Positions 22,901 to 30,669 of a stretch of 64,000 nt of DNA are shown here, piece by piece. The translations under genes were made by a program, and so were the position numbers. Below the pieces are notes generated by a model. The model saw only the letters and a program-made list of their open reading frames with translations. It searched no databases and was not told the origin of the DNA. Origin of the DNA: a virus; the IMG/VR virus record IMGVR_UViG_3300034072_000373, positions 12,030 through 76,029 of that record; one strand, 5' to 3'. Each line of letters begins with the position of its first letter. Position 1 is the first letter of the stretch.

Positions 22901-24282
22901 TTGCCTTTGAGCGGACTATTGATCCTGCAATGGATGCACTGCTGGATCGTAGCACTGATCTTGCTGATATGCTGGGTGCATGGAGAGGTCGTCAGTTTGA
23001 GGAAGAGAATGCAATCGTCTTCAATACTGAGCTTCTGGGTGCTCTGAAGGATATGCACGATAGACGCCCTGCTAATAGCAACGGTGACTATATCAATATT
23101 CTGGATGATGCTGAGTTGGCTCGTGATCCAGTGTTGGCTGATGCTGTGAAGCTGCTGTCTCCTAGAATGAAGGCAGAAGCTGCTGAACTGTTCGGTGAGA
23201 ACAATTTCATTCCTGTCCGTAAGGATATGCTGAATGATGTTGTTGGTTATCGTGCTGCATCTGTAGGTGACTCATGGACTGGTGTTACCCGGTTCAATGA
23301 GAACACACAGAATGCAATCGTTAATCTGGCAACTGGTTTTCTGGGGAGGGATGCCTTCAAGAAACTGGTTCAGGCTGAACGGTTCGTGGAAGGTGTAGTG
23401 GGCGATATTCGTAAGACCATTGTGGTTCGGTCAGTGATCGTCCCATGGGGCAACTTTATCTCTAACATGGGTCAGCTACTTACCCGTGGTGTTCCACTAC
23501 ATGCTTTGATCTCTGGTGTTCCAAAGAAGCTGAATGAAATTCAGACCTACGCTAAGAGCCAGAGAGATCATATTCGTTATGAGTCTGATCTGCTGGCAGC
23601 TAAGGGTGCTAACGATACTAGAGGAATTGCTCAGGCTGAAGCTAAGCTAAAGACAATTGAGGATATGCAGAAGCGTCTAAGCATCTGGCCTCTAATTGCT
23701 GCTGGTGAGTTCAGTTCAATTGCTGAAGATTTGGATAAGGCTGATAATCCACTTGCCACTGGTAGATGGATGGATTGGATTGAATCCAAGATTCCTCAGT
23801 CTGGTATGTTGAAGGAGCCACTGAAATACTATTGGCTGGCTTCAGATACCCCTCTGTTCAAAGCACTACAGACTTCAGTGAACTATGGTGACTTTGTTGC
23901 AAAGGCTGTCCTGTATGACCATATGACCAAGACTAAGAAGATTTCAAAGGAAGATGCTCTTCCCAAGATTTCTGAAGAGTATGTCAATTACGATAAGGTT
24001 CGTGGTCGGGTTAGACAGAAGCTGGAGAATGTTGGCTTGCTCTGGTTCTGGAACTTCAAGCTTAGATCAACAAAGGTTGCGCTAAGTATGATCCGAGAGA
24101 ATCCAGTCCATGCCCTGTTCTATTCCTTGGTTCCAACTCCAGATATTCTTGGTGATATTGATTCACCACTTCTGGATAACATCTTCTATCAGGCAACCGA
24201 TGGTTCGCTAGGATATTCGATTGGACCGGGGATGGCAGTTCAGGGATTCAATATGAATCCATGGAACAGTTTGATCTTCTAA
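13915..24282 (+). CDS. Virion-encapsidated RNA polymerase (vRNAP, N4 gp50-like)
   Basis: ~3455 aa; T7-superfamily motifs ITSVGRL, LYLEADGRTNGP (A), RGSVKNPLTKFIYG (B), VYDG (C); no Cys seen when started at ATG 13915 (AAGGT RBS). Confidence 0.95.
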   Translation: MANPSSTIMNEYLSKAKQTGVANATAQKKQTMAAQASVNDDALYRIASAQSNGTGNSMEGYERDLRTMGTFDLIGKYGSGIVGDLSRLENARERYRGDESSQRGFGDVVGDAAIGVPTAFASGIHSIANLIEAPFAPETAARDALANAKFGEWANSFQSDALNQRRRAAGADLQNTQADNKAAQERGEINSLERMGRDAYDAAARYLDDGALTSDVVAQGVGSLFIGGPMIKGFSKVGQGILKAAGRGESVLAGRVVNAAAGSLGVGTQEAGGAYDQTVQAAMERMADRTDLTEEQKLELANKAGLEAAAIQGTVAAGIGLIPGMTNLERAPLALRGSVRNSVKAILGETLEEATQSTSGQLAQNRAIRDVVDPNQDMLEGVGEQTALGAIGGFGSAGMVQAPSLAANTAMAPVRAIMAKGAEINSRREAAQVQEFSNNVETVRAAGPVNMDAVNTAIDNSDLDPEIKNTARAQIDGMMQRASYTPEQTRNYSPELQSYLEDSIDKFDALDTAMAIVEDSDFTNAQRLEAGAYIAQTVLQNNSQIKADLDEAIAAIHEDDPEFDKLIEYNDLMDKMGSHPIVQRMVQQFREQVAAVTPEQVNAEAMATPEGKQTASAVATAVASDPEAVSPEVISTILEHDESDPEFSPVNRKILEGAQAYHDMKETLRKNAEQIAIQNINAVTDNMIKSRFEDNPQEGSPLALSLRDHYTRFYNALMANDDVSAKDYLDNLGFFAAHMQNKLATVNSAIEDNAYSEKLAKPYMAVVPARTAAQRKWVPSNLKIWMNGRAKDSVRLAKRIQLEAQAITNTYNNLVEQNPEFNLPTIDVGTLNPLFDGSIDEVVNRYKGQKNVQTSTSDSSGNANPQRTQQSEGTSVTQSSREGTEESGSETSGTESRGSRVTPEQARGISDRALQSRITSLESMIEDNKATVQDRATLAVLRKENANRNAEAMQREREEQEAEAKARATESNQDQKPKTPEVTDSSEDNSEESTDASEESNVDEEVEEPNAPTLQSVYTDLHEGSNFLTMFKAKFKKSRIATNTSPQAFVGDALFDKESLKKVSGTNANGYTKKVAQAYHNLFRSMGVVQDALNRQLAAAMKQNPNMFKRDDRFNLVQGKVLNFVGPDGKWNPQIIEKAIMAAMQFVITGNSVHYNKDKEDIAKAFGMDPSNVTPWIEGVVNNTIMYNDAVYQLSRKIADYLGVSVDPNAPMGIANGMMDGLAIEVLRAFETAGYIESGILKTGKSQHGYLDFRGFTPGKKTKLQNEARQRIKDVSSYPNAMDDIVLTERDNPVSIGEQLDRMPKTRLRQDTPLTRDEQRAVRLIQNTPLYANTTMANLYQKLGKDNLVRLFGSPIADPAKLNREDLLSKEGKNLTVISAFDAFEKYFSMLQEYANDTKDALGNVPMYFGSEITSVGRLMMIGEQNPVAAKIIREFLLPTKATVDMNDPVNEHNYYLMMAQALGKKLDKMTPEQAVQQAKDTLFSEDMGNLLETLETLMGDGEVTVEAMNVLQDNIKSPFMLHALTDFIRYNQAKAEGNLQRFTTSLYLEADGRTNGPAGALFLYGTGAFTLNQLRDFQRVGVFPGDAAGTEAEPNFSGKQKIADLYELTADRFTKRLGSLVDDILNTARAANRKGQITDRYENQIRNMFGAVTTLIHDTGNGIVTNAKGKLETTRGSVKNPLTKFIYGAGEASISAGITQDILASFYEAVSEHLTTGSNPVAFANMQNLIGHLVHNKLGTRKSDGVSFVFDKQNTDFSFPADEAGWRNFKFTSEQVNTINANVRAMYVNPMVRSINSVMVDTLGTTGLLIAASNMQNELYAKLMDEAIKNALKEKKRADPKFQNHHFLSENELKKIKNSLNWVKPQIDENLQSLNLSPTEAGLTMDSGSELKFVSSLDGNHNVPGQVNLPGAMGVRAVPLTTINFGDARMVINAFMKGIEKVLAVYDGMHMSLDRIPVDSVKYNEAVSEAWDFNALKVFTEQFEGMVKNLSPEMLADMASDENTPESILRDLQRASREIDARQYALNQVALSVDQMAATGSSFTKNMDKTAVDEQQTFQMLNDAYDEFMAKQEPKEVSNFELPSRMKGLAVVHKESGAYVIRANKLIENIAALTTDKNLISLVQSLKLPNSEDVKIIFGSAEARRKYAPDLMAKSKSTTRGLSDPATNRILLNTQSMETLVHELIHAATFNTVYNSLNGSASEEQMDAVERIEALMDQFINMDYDTTGWSDKAKTAYRRLTNVINNALSQNENDLFVDEILNRAIAVNEFMAWTLSNQELGYVASKTQASPEIVRWTQKAWRAVQQFFRAVKFWEPRHDILSNLRFNTQILTTETEAPSVADIANGISLAHEEAESPVLRKLFSQLSTALQGRREEANGTANVESIGIGGRVANDFSAAFPMDAEQKNQFAVMVTAMSQGMGLEGNAFARIADIYQTVLEKLDVTDFLANPESTNPAEIATATAKYNAVMGNTTALTGADGVSTRIPAFLALSLIDPEFRKVLEKLKTPKNKDWKFEGVGATLNDLGSRAMQGLNNYVAPTGKATNAKEAVDNLIGHMTRDLSKAQTAAEMASRKGHGYLDKANDFFVENMERLSKIADEKLSRVMDTTQNKYVNIAAGVGKMLTGVINAEVGEANSESMMQMINRLKGWDTIRAAYSDIVGRTKTNAGVYDLIKLVKSVVSQGREKYREQLPKIIKGKFKKAPTAAQWTSLFRGIAKTDIAALRNHMTQSEMLEVIGSDANVRAEIARLEGILPDNVLKADRIAKAKQLANFMNTGVYGDMLLRNAKAVADLRGMNNQANSTVDEVQTIDSLISLYAFQSMDAAHRNTIRELMTNEPDAMKYLIAQVQGARQDELAKVTDDVAYNVYKGYTPSEQREGISLIVAEDTDRARLERLGYVRKGDYNGSNKETRASFNTKGYYYSPVTGNNPFTQGISQNVNETVGGVDPIRGFSFGVRHAGIIMDPRKVQRIANSPRTDRGNESLSPIFNKDGDIIAFERTIDPAMDALLDRSTDLADMLGAWRGRQFEEENAIVFNTELLGALKDMHDRRPANSNGDYINILDDAELARDPVLADAVKLLSPRMKAEAAELFGENNFIPVRKDMLNDVVGYRAASVGDSWTGVTRFNENTQNAIVNLATGFLGRDAFKKLVQAERFVEGVVGDIRKTIVVRSVIVPWGNFISNMGQLLTRGVPLHALISGVPKKLNEIQTYAKSQRDHIRYESDLLAAKGANDTRGIAQAEAKLKTIEDMQKRLSIWPLIAAGEFSSIAEDLDKADNPLATGRWMDWIESKIPQSGMLKEPLKYYWLASDTPLFKALQTSVNYGDFVAKAVLYDHMTKTKKISKEDALPKISEEYVNYDKVRGRVRQKLENVGLLWFWNFKLRSTKVALSMIRENPVHALFYSLVPTPDILGDIDSPLLDNIFYQATDGSLGYSIGPGMAVQGFNMNPWNSLIF
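16466..16618 (+). CDS. Putative overprinted 50-aa ORF nested in vRNAP (+1 frame)
   Basis: AAGGGT RBS, ATG, MFKRLLLTVAETLILSGLNSLKERQSRKAAEKALKKAEAKLQEQNPVVPE*; the vRNAP frame becomes S/T/G/E low-complexity over this span. Confidence 0.55.
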   Translation: MFKRLLLTVAETLILSGLNSLKERQSRKAAEKALKKAEAKLQEQNPVVPE

Positions 24283-24287
24283 AAACA

Positions 24288-24321
24288 AAATACCCCCAGA
24301 GAGAAATCTCCGGGGGTATTT
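24288..24321. terminator. Probably bidirectional terminator between convergent late and middle blocks
   Basis: AAATACCCCC..GAGA-AA-TCTC..GGGGGTATTT inverted repeat with A-rich left flank. Confidence 0.8.
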
Positions 24322-24323
24322 CA

Positions 24324-24488
24324 TTACGTGGTAGCAGGCGGATCATCGTCATGGAGTATGACCCATCCGATAAGACAGATCACAACGAATGCCGCTATGT
24401 AGGGGGCCGCAACTACAATGGCTGTCGAGAGAACCATGAATAGTCCCAGAGCCACTAATCCTAATAGCAGCTTACCGGCCACACCCAT
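24324..24488 (-). CDS. 54-aa two-TM membrane protein (not in ORF track)
   Basis: MGVAGKLLLGLVALGLFMVLSTAIVVAAPYIAAFVVICLIGWVILHDDDPPATT*; TAATG coupling to the upstream gene. Confidence 0.7.
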   Translation of the reverse strand: MGVAGKLLLGLVALGLFMVLSTAIVVAAPYIAAFVVICLIGWVILHDDDPPATT

Positions 24489-24982
24489 TAGTTGTTAACT
24501 GGCTTCTTCAAACCAGAGAACAGTCCACGCTTTGGTGCTGATGGAGGTGCTTCCTCCACAACGGCTGGAGCCTTGTCTTCCTGATATTCAGGGGCAAGCT
24601 CTTCGCCAACAGGAGTTTCTTCTTCGACTGAGACGGGTTCACCATCTGGCTCGAATGGAAGTTCTGCCTGTCCCTCATCGGCTGGTGTTGGTTCTGATTC
24701 TGGCTCAGGAGCCTTCTCAGCAACCTCGACAGTCCGACGAGTATATTTACGCTTCGGCTTCTCTTCAGCCTCAGCGGGTTCCGCAGGGGCGCTGGTGACA
24801 GTGTTTGCAGGGATGATGTTTTCCGCAGTGGGAACAACGTCGCTTGCATTGACAATTGCCACAGTCACGCCCTCTTCACTGAATGAGATATCCAGTGATG
24901 CGTTGGGGTTGATTGTGATCAGGGCTGAAACGTGGTCCTGCACCAGTGATGCAATGACCGACTTTTCGATGGTAAATTTCAT
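24488..24982 (-). CDS. Hypothetical protein with acidic, Pro-rich C-terminal half
   Basis: ORF with RBS, in the middle-gene operon. Confidence 0.7.
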   Translation of the reverse strand: MKFTIEKSVIASLVQDHVSALITINPNASLDISFSEEGVTVAIVNASDVVPTAENIIPANTVTSAPAEPAEAEEKPKRKYTRRTVEVAEKAPEPESEPTPADEGQAELPFEPDGEPVSVEEETPVGEELAPEYQEDKAPAVVEEAPPSAPKRGLFSGLKKPVNN

Positions 24983-24983
24983 T

Positions 24984-25550
24984 TCACACCTTTTCCAAAA
25001 GCCGCATTAGGGTCTGGAATGCCGGAGTGTGGACTCCAGCATGAATTGCAGCGATAGCGTCTGCGGCATGTTCTGCCTTGCTGGTAATCTCAACCTTGCC
25101 CTTTAATTTCCGAGTAGGCCAATTTGAGTTGGGATACAACTTGACCGCCTCATCAATCATATTCTGCTTAGTGGCATTCTTGTTTCCGGTCAGATGGTAT
25201 TTCACTTCTGATGCGGTCACTTCAATTATTTGGTGTCCCATGGACCTAAGCATTCCAAGGATACCGACGCACACCCCATATGAGGTCATAGCTCTTGCTG
25301 ACTGTGAGCCAACAGGAACTTCCACAAACATGACCTTACAGGATTGGGCGACTCTCAGAACCTCCTCAGCTAACTGCTCTGATCTGAACATGTCAGAACT
25401 ATTAACCCTTACTTGCTTTGTGTTAAGCTTTTCTGGTTCAATAACAGTCAACTGAGGGGTGCTGAGTTCGCCAGAGTCAAGGCAAAGATTAGCCTTGGCA
25501 ATACCCCAATGTGTGAAGCTGGGGTCCATTCCGGCGACTGGAATGATCAC
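24984..25550 (-). CDS. RuvC-like Holliday junction resolvase
   Basis: AGMDPSFTHWG, FVEVP, ATKQNMI, HAADAIAA catalytic pattern. Confidence 0.8.
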   Translation of the reverse strand: MIIPVAGMDPSFTHWGIAKANLCLDSGELSTPQLTVIEPEKLNTKQVRVNSSDMFRSEQLAEEVLRVAQSCKVMFVEVPVGSQSARAMTSYGVCVGILGMLRSMGHQIIEVTASEVKYHLTGNKNATKQNMIDEAVKLYPNSNWPTRKLKGKVEITSKAEHAADAIAAIHAGVHTPAFQTLMRLLEKV

Positions 25551-26305
25551 TTCTTCTGGAACAGACCAGACTTCTTGCGTTCACCACCTTCCTGTGGAGG
25601 TGAACCGGGCTTACCGGACTTGCCGCCGCCCTTTGCACCAGCAGTCTTGTCGATGCACTGGCCCTTGTTCTTTTCGAGCCACTTGTCCCAGAAGACGCCT
25701 TCGACTTCTGAAACGTCACCGTCAGGATTGTCCTTCAGGAACTTGGTGATTTCGCTGACAGTAGCCTTGGCTTCTGGATGCAGAACCTTGGCAATGTTGT
25801 TCCGCTTCACGGTCTTGCCGGTGGGAACATATTCACCGTTCTGAAGCTCAGTCTTGTCTTCCAGAGTTTCCAGAATGGCCAGTGCCACTTCACCACCTAG
25901 CAGAGCAGTGATGACAGGAACGCTCTTGGGCAGTTCCTTCTTCTCGTCTGGATCGTATATGTTGACCTTCTTCTCTTCGACATACTGGTCCATCTCTTCC
26001 AGAGCTTCGCCAGTGATCAGGATGCAGAGATCGTTCACGGTATAGAAACCGGGAAGACCATAGTTCTTACCATCCTTCTCGTAGAAGTTGTCACCCTTTG
26101 CATTGGTGAAGTAGACCTGTTCCTTGTGGGTCTTACCACCATGCTCGAATTCCAGACCGAGGAACTGAGCACCCTTCTTCGATTCGCCTACATAGGCCAT
26201 CTTGATGGTGCCGGTATAAATGTCTGAGGGAACTGTGAAGCCACCACCAACAAAGTCGGTGTTTTCTTCCAGATTGTCAGTTCCCATTTTCTTGAAAAGT
26301 GCCAT
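25547..26305 (-). CDS. Single-stranded DNA-binding protein (N4 gp45-like)
   Basis: SDIYTGTIKMAY, LPGFYTVNDLC, basic C-terminal tail; synteny. Confidence 0.8.
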   Translation of the reverse strand: MALFKKMGTDNLEENTDFVGGGFTVPSDIYTGTIKMAYVGESKKGAQFLGLEFEHGGKTHKEQVYFTNAKGDNFYEKDGKNYGLPGFYTVNDLCILITGEALEEMDQYVEEKKVNIYDPDEKKELPKSVPVITALLGGEVALAILETLEDKTELQNGEYVPTGKTVKRNNIAKVLHPEAKATVSEITKFLKDNPDGDVSEVEGVFWDKWLEKNKGQCIDKTAGAKGGGKSGKPGSPPQEGGERKKSGLFQKK

Positions 26306-26317
26306 TATATTCTAACC

Positions 26318-27058
26318 TCAGTTGTAAAAGTCGTTAAGACGATCCAGAAGAAGCTGTGCATCGTTGTTGATGTAAGTTTCTTCCCTGCTGAACAGACCCA
26401 TTGGTGAGCGGATACGTTCGTGTATTGTTGCCTTCGTCAGACGAGTCTGGAAGACATGCTTGTAGCCGAGAATCTCATCATCTTCCGTGATGGTGAGTAG
26501 ATCATTCTCATATGGCTCAAGGTCTTTGAGAGTCATCTTCTTCGTGGAAACCACGGTGGAGAAATATGACTCAATGCCATTATTGGCCAATGCACCCTTA
26601 ACGGGAACACATGTTACGTTGGCCAGAAGTTCCTTGTCATAGCTGGTCTTGGTATGAGCCAAGATGATGACAGGTTTCTCGAACAGAACCACCTTCGTCT
26701 GAAGGAGATTCTTCCAATACTGAGCATAGTCAGACCATGCTTTCTGGCCGTTCGATGATGGGAGAACATACTGAGACTCATACATATCCATTAGATATGT
26801 TGAAGTATCAATGATGATCCCCTTGGTTTCATCTGCAATTTCACCGTCTCCGGTAGCAGCATCGAACCCTTCATAAACCTGATAAGGATCGCTGATACGA
26901 ATATCGTTGAACTTGTTTCTGAATGGTAGTCGCTTACCAGCCTCACACCCAAGATACAGCCAATCAGGCTGATCTCGGATGTTCATGAGGCTTGTCGACT
27001 TGCCTGACGCAGATTCACCACTAATTAGAACGAGTTGATTGTTTACATCTTCGGACAT
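26318..27058 (-). CDS. P-loop ATPase, Sak4/AAA_24-like (N4 gp44-like)
   Basis: GESASGKST Walker A, IIIDT Walker B, ILAH, ESYFSTVV; start at MSEDV. Confidence 0.8.
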   Translation of the reverse strand: MSEDVNNQLVLISGESASGKSTSLMNIRDQPDWLYLGCEAGKRLPFRNKFNDIRISDPYQVYEGFDAATGDGEIADETKGIIIDTSTYLMDMYESQYVLPSSNGQKAWSDYAQYWKNLLQTKVVLFEKPVIILAHTKTSYDKELLANVTCVPVKGALANNGIESYFSTVVSTKKMTLKDLEPYENDLLTITEDDEILGYKHVFQTRLTKATIHERIRSPMGLFSREETYINNDAQLLLDRLNDFYN

Positions 27059-27059
27059 G

Positions 27060-29207
27060 TTACGCCTTATATTTTTGGGCAACAGAACGAAGAATGGTAG
27101 AATCAATCTCGTCCGTTGGTAGTGGGGAATCTAGCTTCTTATTGAAGCTATGGACTGCGTTTGAAACATCAATGAAATCCATTCCACTATCTACAAGAGC
27201 TAGTGCGAACTTAATCATATGATTGTTTCTGCTGCCTGATACCATTCGAGCAGCAAACCACCGTTCCAGATTATCGAGACTGGACAGACTCTTCATGCTG
27301 TTTTTGTATTGTTCATGGCGTGAAGTCTTAGGGATGAATGGCAACACATCCAGAAGATCACCTTCCATGTTCAGTGTGAACTCACCATTATGGTAGGTTT
27401 CCCACTTCTTACTTCGTTGGTTCGCTGCTTCGTCAGTGGGGAAAGGCAACCATTCCATCACTGCATTCATGAATTCCTTATATTCATCGGAATCCAGTTC
27501 AAGGTGATAATTTGTTGGAAGCATCAACCTGAAACGATTTTCCTCTTCGGTATGTCGTTTCGTTGTGTAGGTAATGAACTTGTAGTCTTTCAACAGTTCA
27601 TGAACCAACGACAATGATGTTCCACCATCCACATCAATCGTAATGAGGTTGAATCCCGGAATGGTATTCTCTTCCTTACGATGCTCACCTTTGAAGTGAT
27701 GGTTCGACCAGTGAAGACCTTCTGCCTGAGTGAGAATGTCTAGGTTCTCAAATGGAACCATTTCTGGTTCATAATGATAAGCCCAATTGTCACTGTGGGA
27801 TAGAATGATTTCCTGAAGGTTAGTTTCCTTCAGAGTTTCACCTCTGAAGAATTCGATACCTTCAACGAAAGTCTTCTTAATGATGATGTGCTTCTTATAG
27901 CCCCATGCTGTGGCCAGAGACATCATTTCATTTCTACGGCTACTGGTAGAGCTATAGAATGGTAGGGCTTCGAGAAGATCAGCATGTGTGACTTCAGTGT
28001 CAACGTCAGCGATATACTTCGCCAACTTCACATATGCTTTCTCACGATCCAAGATAACTTGGAAAGCCTTACCTGATTCCTCAACAAGCAGGATAGCACG
28101 ATGGAGATTTTCCATCGAGATATACTGAAGTTGATCCACGAAGGAATAAGCACCAGCCAGCTTGAGTGCTTTGAAATAACGATGAGAGATTTCCGCTTTA
28201 CGGATATCTTCATGTTCTTTCATTTTGTCAGCTTCACGCTCACAAGCAATCTTATACTGGATCAGTTCAATTGCCACATCATCAGGCATTTGCATCTTCC
28301 ATCCATGGATCGTAGCATCTGCCAGCTTCATGAAATGGGAATACCATTTGTTAACGGTATCAGATTGATCCCTGCTGATTAGGGCATTGAAGATTTCTTC
28401 TGGTGTCATGGAATCGGATGCACGAATTGTGTGCTGGCCAAAGCCAAACAAACAACGTCTTGCATATCCTGTCTCAAGGAATGAGTAGAATTGATCTTCA
28501 GTCTGACCACCATCCAACAGCTTGCTTGGAGTGCCAAACAGCAGTGCATTGGTTGGAGTCTTACCGGTGATCTCTTCACCTCGTTTGTTTTCCTGAGTGT
28601 TCTTGGTCAGCTTGTTCTTCACCATCCCTTGGTCATACAACTCAAGGAATAGATTCAGCACATCGACTGAGCCAATGAGGTTGGAACCGATTTCGTCAAT
28701 CTGAAGATTGAGACTGCCAGCCTTTGCCATCAGCAACTTATTACGAAGTTGCTTAACGGCTGGAGGAGTAGCACTATCAAAGGTGAACGCATAAGCACCA
28801 CCTGAGTTATACTCCTTCAGAGCCTGATCGTATTCCTCCTGTTGATCGGTGCCATTTCTGACAGCACGATCATCAGCAATTTCCCACAAATGCTTTTCAG
28901 CAATGATGGGCATTGTTTCTTCGATAAAGCGTTTCTCGAAGCCTTGGAGGAATTCCTGTTCAACGATGTTGACGGAATATCCCTTACCAAAGCCAGAGGT
29001 AGCTAGAGCCAGTGCATAGATATTTACCGGCACTTCCCCACGATCTTTCGTGACAATGACAGCCCTCTGACAGCTTGCCATCTTAGCAAGGAAATAGGCC
29101 ACCTCTGTTCTAAAAAATCCTTTATCTTTGTTTTGGGTCTTTGCACATAAGACCTCGACTATTTCTTCAATGGCGGGATGATGGCCCGTATCCATTAGCT
29201 CAATCAT
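27060..29207 (-). CDS. DNA primase (N4 gp43-like)
   Basis: SGFGKG, IDEIGSNL, IDVDGG, RFRL, GSRNNHMIKFA (PriCT-like) motifs. Confidence 0.85.
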   Translation of the reverse strand: MIELMDTGHHPAIEEIVEVLCAKTQNKDKGFFRTEVAYFLAKMASCQRAVIVTKDRGEVPVNIYALALATSGFGKGYSVNIVEQEFLQGFEKRFIEETMPIIAEKHLWEIADDRAVRNGTDQQEEYDQALKEYNSGGAYAFTFDSATPPAVKQLRNKLLMAKAGSLNLQIDEIGSNLIGSVDVLNLFLELYDQGMVKNKLTKNTQENKRGEEITGKTPTNALLFGTPSKLLDGGQTEDQFYSFLETGYARRCLFGFGQHTIRASDSMTPEEIFNALISRDQSDTVNKWYSHFMKLADATIHGWKMQMPDDVAIELIQYKIACEREADKMKEHEDIRKAEISHRYFKALKLAGAYSFVDQLQYISMENLHRAILLVEESGKAFQVILDREKAYVKLAKYIADVDTEVTHADLLEALPFYSSTSSRRNEMMSLATAWGYKKHIIIKKTFVEGIEFFRGETLKETNLQEIILSHSDNWAYHYEPEMVPFENLDILTQAEGLHWSNHHFKGEHRKEENTIPGFNLITIDVDGGTSLSLVHELLKDYKFITYTTKRHTEEENRFRLMLPTNYHLELDSDEYKEFMNAVMEWLPFPTDEAANQRSKKWETYHNGEFTLNMEGDLLDVLPFIPKTSRHEQYKNSMKSLSSLDNLERWFAARMVSGSRNNHMIKFALALVDSGMDFIDVSNAVHSFNKKLDSPLPTDEIDSTILRSVAQKYKA

Positions 29208-30189
29208 CGGGGAAATACTCTCTACGCTGGTTGCAGATATCGTAAGCGGGACAGAATGGACACCGCTTCACTTCACCGGGGACAGTGACGACAACGCCTT
29301 TTCCCTTTTCAGCTTTGAAAGCAGCAGCGTCAGCTAGTGTCTCAAAGTTCTTTGTGGATCGAGCAGTTGGGTCTTTGGCTTTCTCTGGATCGCTATAGTA
29401 TTTGAACTTAGGATCAGACCGCCAAAGGTCTTCATCGGAACATGGTGGAAGCTGATCTTGAGGAGTCTTAGAATACTTCTCAAGTTGTTCCAGCTTATGA
29501 GTTACCCATTTTTCAGTGTCACTCAAGGAATTAAGCTCATGATCCTTATGTAGAACCCGTTGCTGAGGATATGCGGGATTTGTTTTGGCTGACATTTTCT
29601 GCCAGTCAGTGAACACATAGTTCACCCGCATGAAACCTTCAGTAATTATCGGGGTCTCGGATACCGAGTCGATCCATCGGTAAAGAGATGTCTGAAGTAT
29701 ATGTTCTTCATCTCTTGTTCCGTATAACCAGTTAAAAGCGGAAGTAGACTTATTGTCTTCGACATGGCCTTCCGCCACCAGATCGAACTTGCCACCAATA
29801 GTATATCCATTGAACTCTCTAAAGATGCGTTGTTCGATGTAGACTGGAATGTCATCATCGGTGACTGTCGATGGATCAGGATTGATCTTGATCCGGTCAA
29901 TGGTCTTTGGACCATAACCTAGCTTTTCAAGATTAGTCCGATAGTTTGTGACCCAAGCTTTCTCAATGCTATCGTGAACTGCATTCCCTAATGCACGATT
30001 CACATAATCAAGCACATCTGATTTCTGCTCATCATATTTCACTCTGCGTGACATGATGAGTTGCTTCAGCGGCTTCATCAATGTGGTAACACTGATATAG
30101 TTTGGCTGATAAACGTAATCGTAATCATCGTTTACCAGCCAGACTGCTAGGGACAGGGAAATGTTATTAAAATTCGTGATCATTCCCAT
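29200..30189 (-). CDS. PD-(D/E)XK nuclease (N4 gp42-like)
   Basis: ISVTTL, GNAVH, GGKFD...EDNKST, C-terminal CxxCxxxxxC. Confidence 0.8.
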   Translation of the reverse strand: MGMITNFNNISLSLAVWLVNDDYDYVYQPNYISVTTLMKPLKQLIMSRRVKYDEQKSDVLDYVNRALGNAVHDSIEKAWVTNYRTNLEKLGYGPKTIDRIKINPDPSTVTDDDIPVYIEQRIFREFNGYTIGGKFDLVAEGHVEDNKSTSAFNWLYGTRDEEHILQTSLYRWIDSVSETPIITEGFMRVNYVFTDWQKMSAKTNPAYPQQRVLHKDHELNSLSDTEKWVTHKLEQLEKYSKTPQDQLPPCSDEDLWRSDPKFKYYSDPEKAKDPTARSTKNFETLADAAAFKAEKGKGVVVTVPGEVKRCPFCPAYDICNQRREYFPDD

Positions 30190-30198
30190 GGCTCCAGA

Positions 30199-30669
30199 TT
30201 AGGAAGTTCTTGAGATTCTTCTCAAGATGCGTCCAGCATAATGGACGATCTTCTGCGCTCCATAGAGAGCAGTGTGACCGGGTTTACCATTGTGCTTTCG
30301 GGCATTGGCTCCACGCCAAATTTCCTTGAAGATATTAGCCTCATCTGGATTCAGTTCAAGTGCTTCGATGATGTCTTCACACTCTGCCTGATAAGGTTCC
30401 TGATCTTCCCTTTGTGGGTGATCCACATGAACTAGATAGTAGTTCACACGGCCACCCTTAACTTCAGTTTCCTGAGCGAGCTTAGCTGGTAAGCCCTTCG
30501 CTAGTTCCTGCTTCGCCAGCTTCTGCACTATCTCCGCCATCGACTGATTCTCCGGTGGTGGATTCAGCTTCTCCAGCGCTTCCCGAAACTCCTGTTCCTG
30601 TCTCGACGCTCCCATCATTTCCTCCTGTATCGCTTGAAAGAACTTCGGATGCCTTGCTGCGAGTCCCAT
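30199..30669 (-). CDS. Hypothetical protein (ECEDIIEAL..EANIFK family)
   Basis: GAGGGAG RBS inside the upstream ORF; GGRVNYY motif. Confidence 0.7.
   Translation of the reverse strand: MGLAARHPKFFQAIQEEMMGASRQEQEFREALEKLNPPPENQSMAEIVQKLAKQELAKGLPAKLAQETEVKGGRVNYYLVHVDHPQREDQEPYQAECEDIIEALELNPDEANIFKEIWRGANARKHNGKPGHTALYGAQKIVHYAGRILRRISRTS

Noticed and set aside
29200-30189. Cas4-like nuclease as evidence of a CRISPR system
   Set aside because: It sits at the core N4-like replication position, with no cas genes or array nearby.
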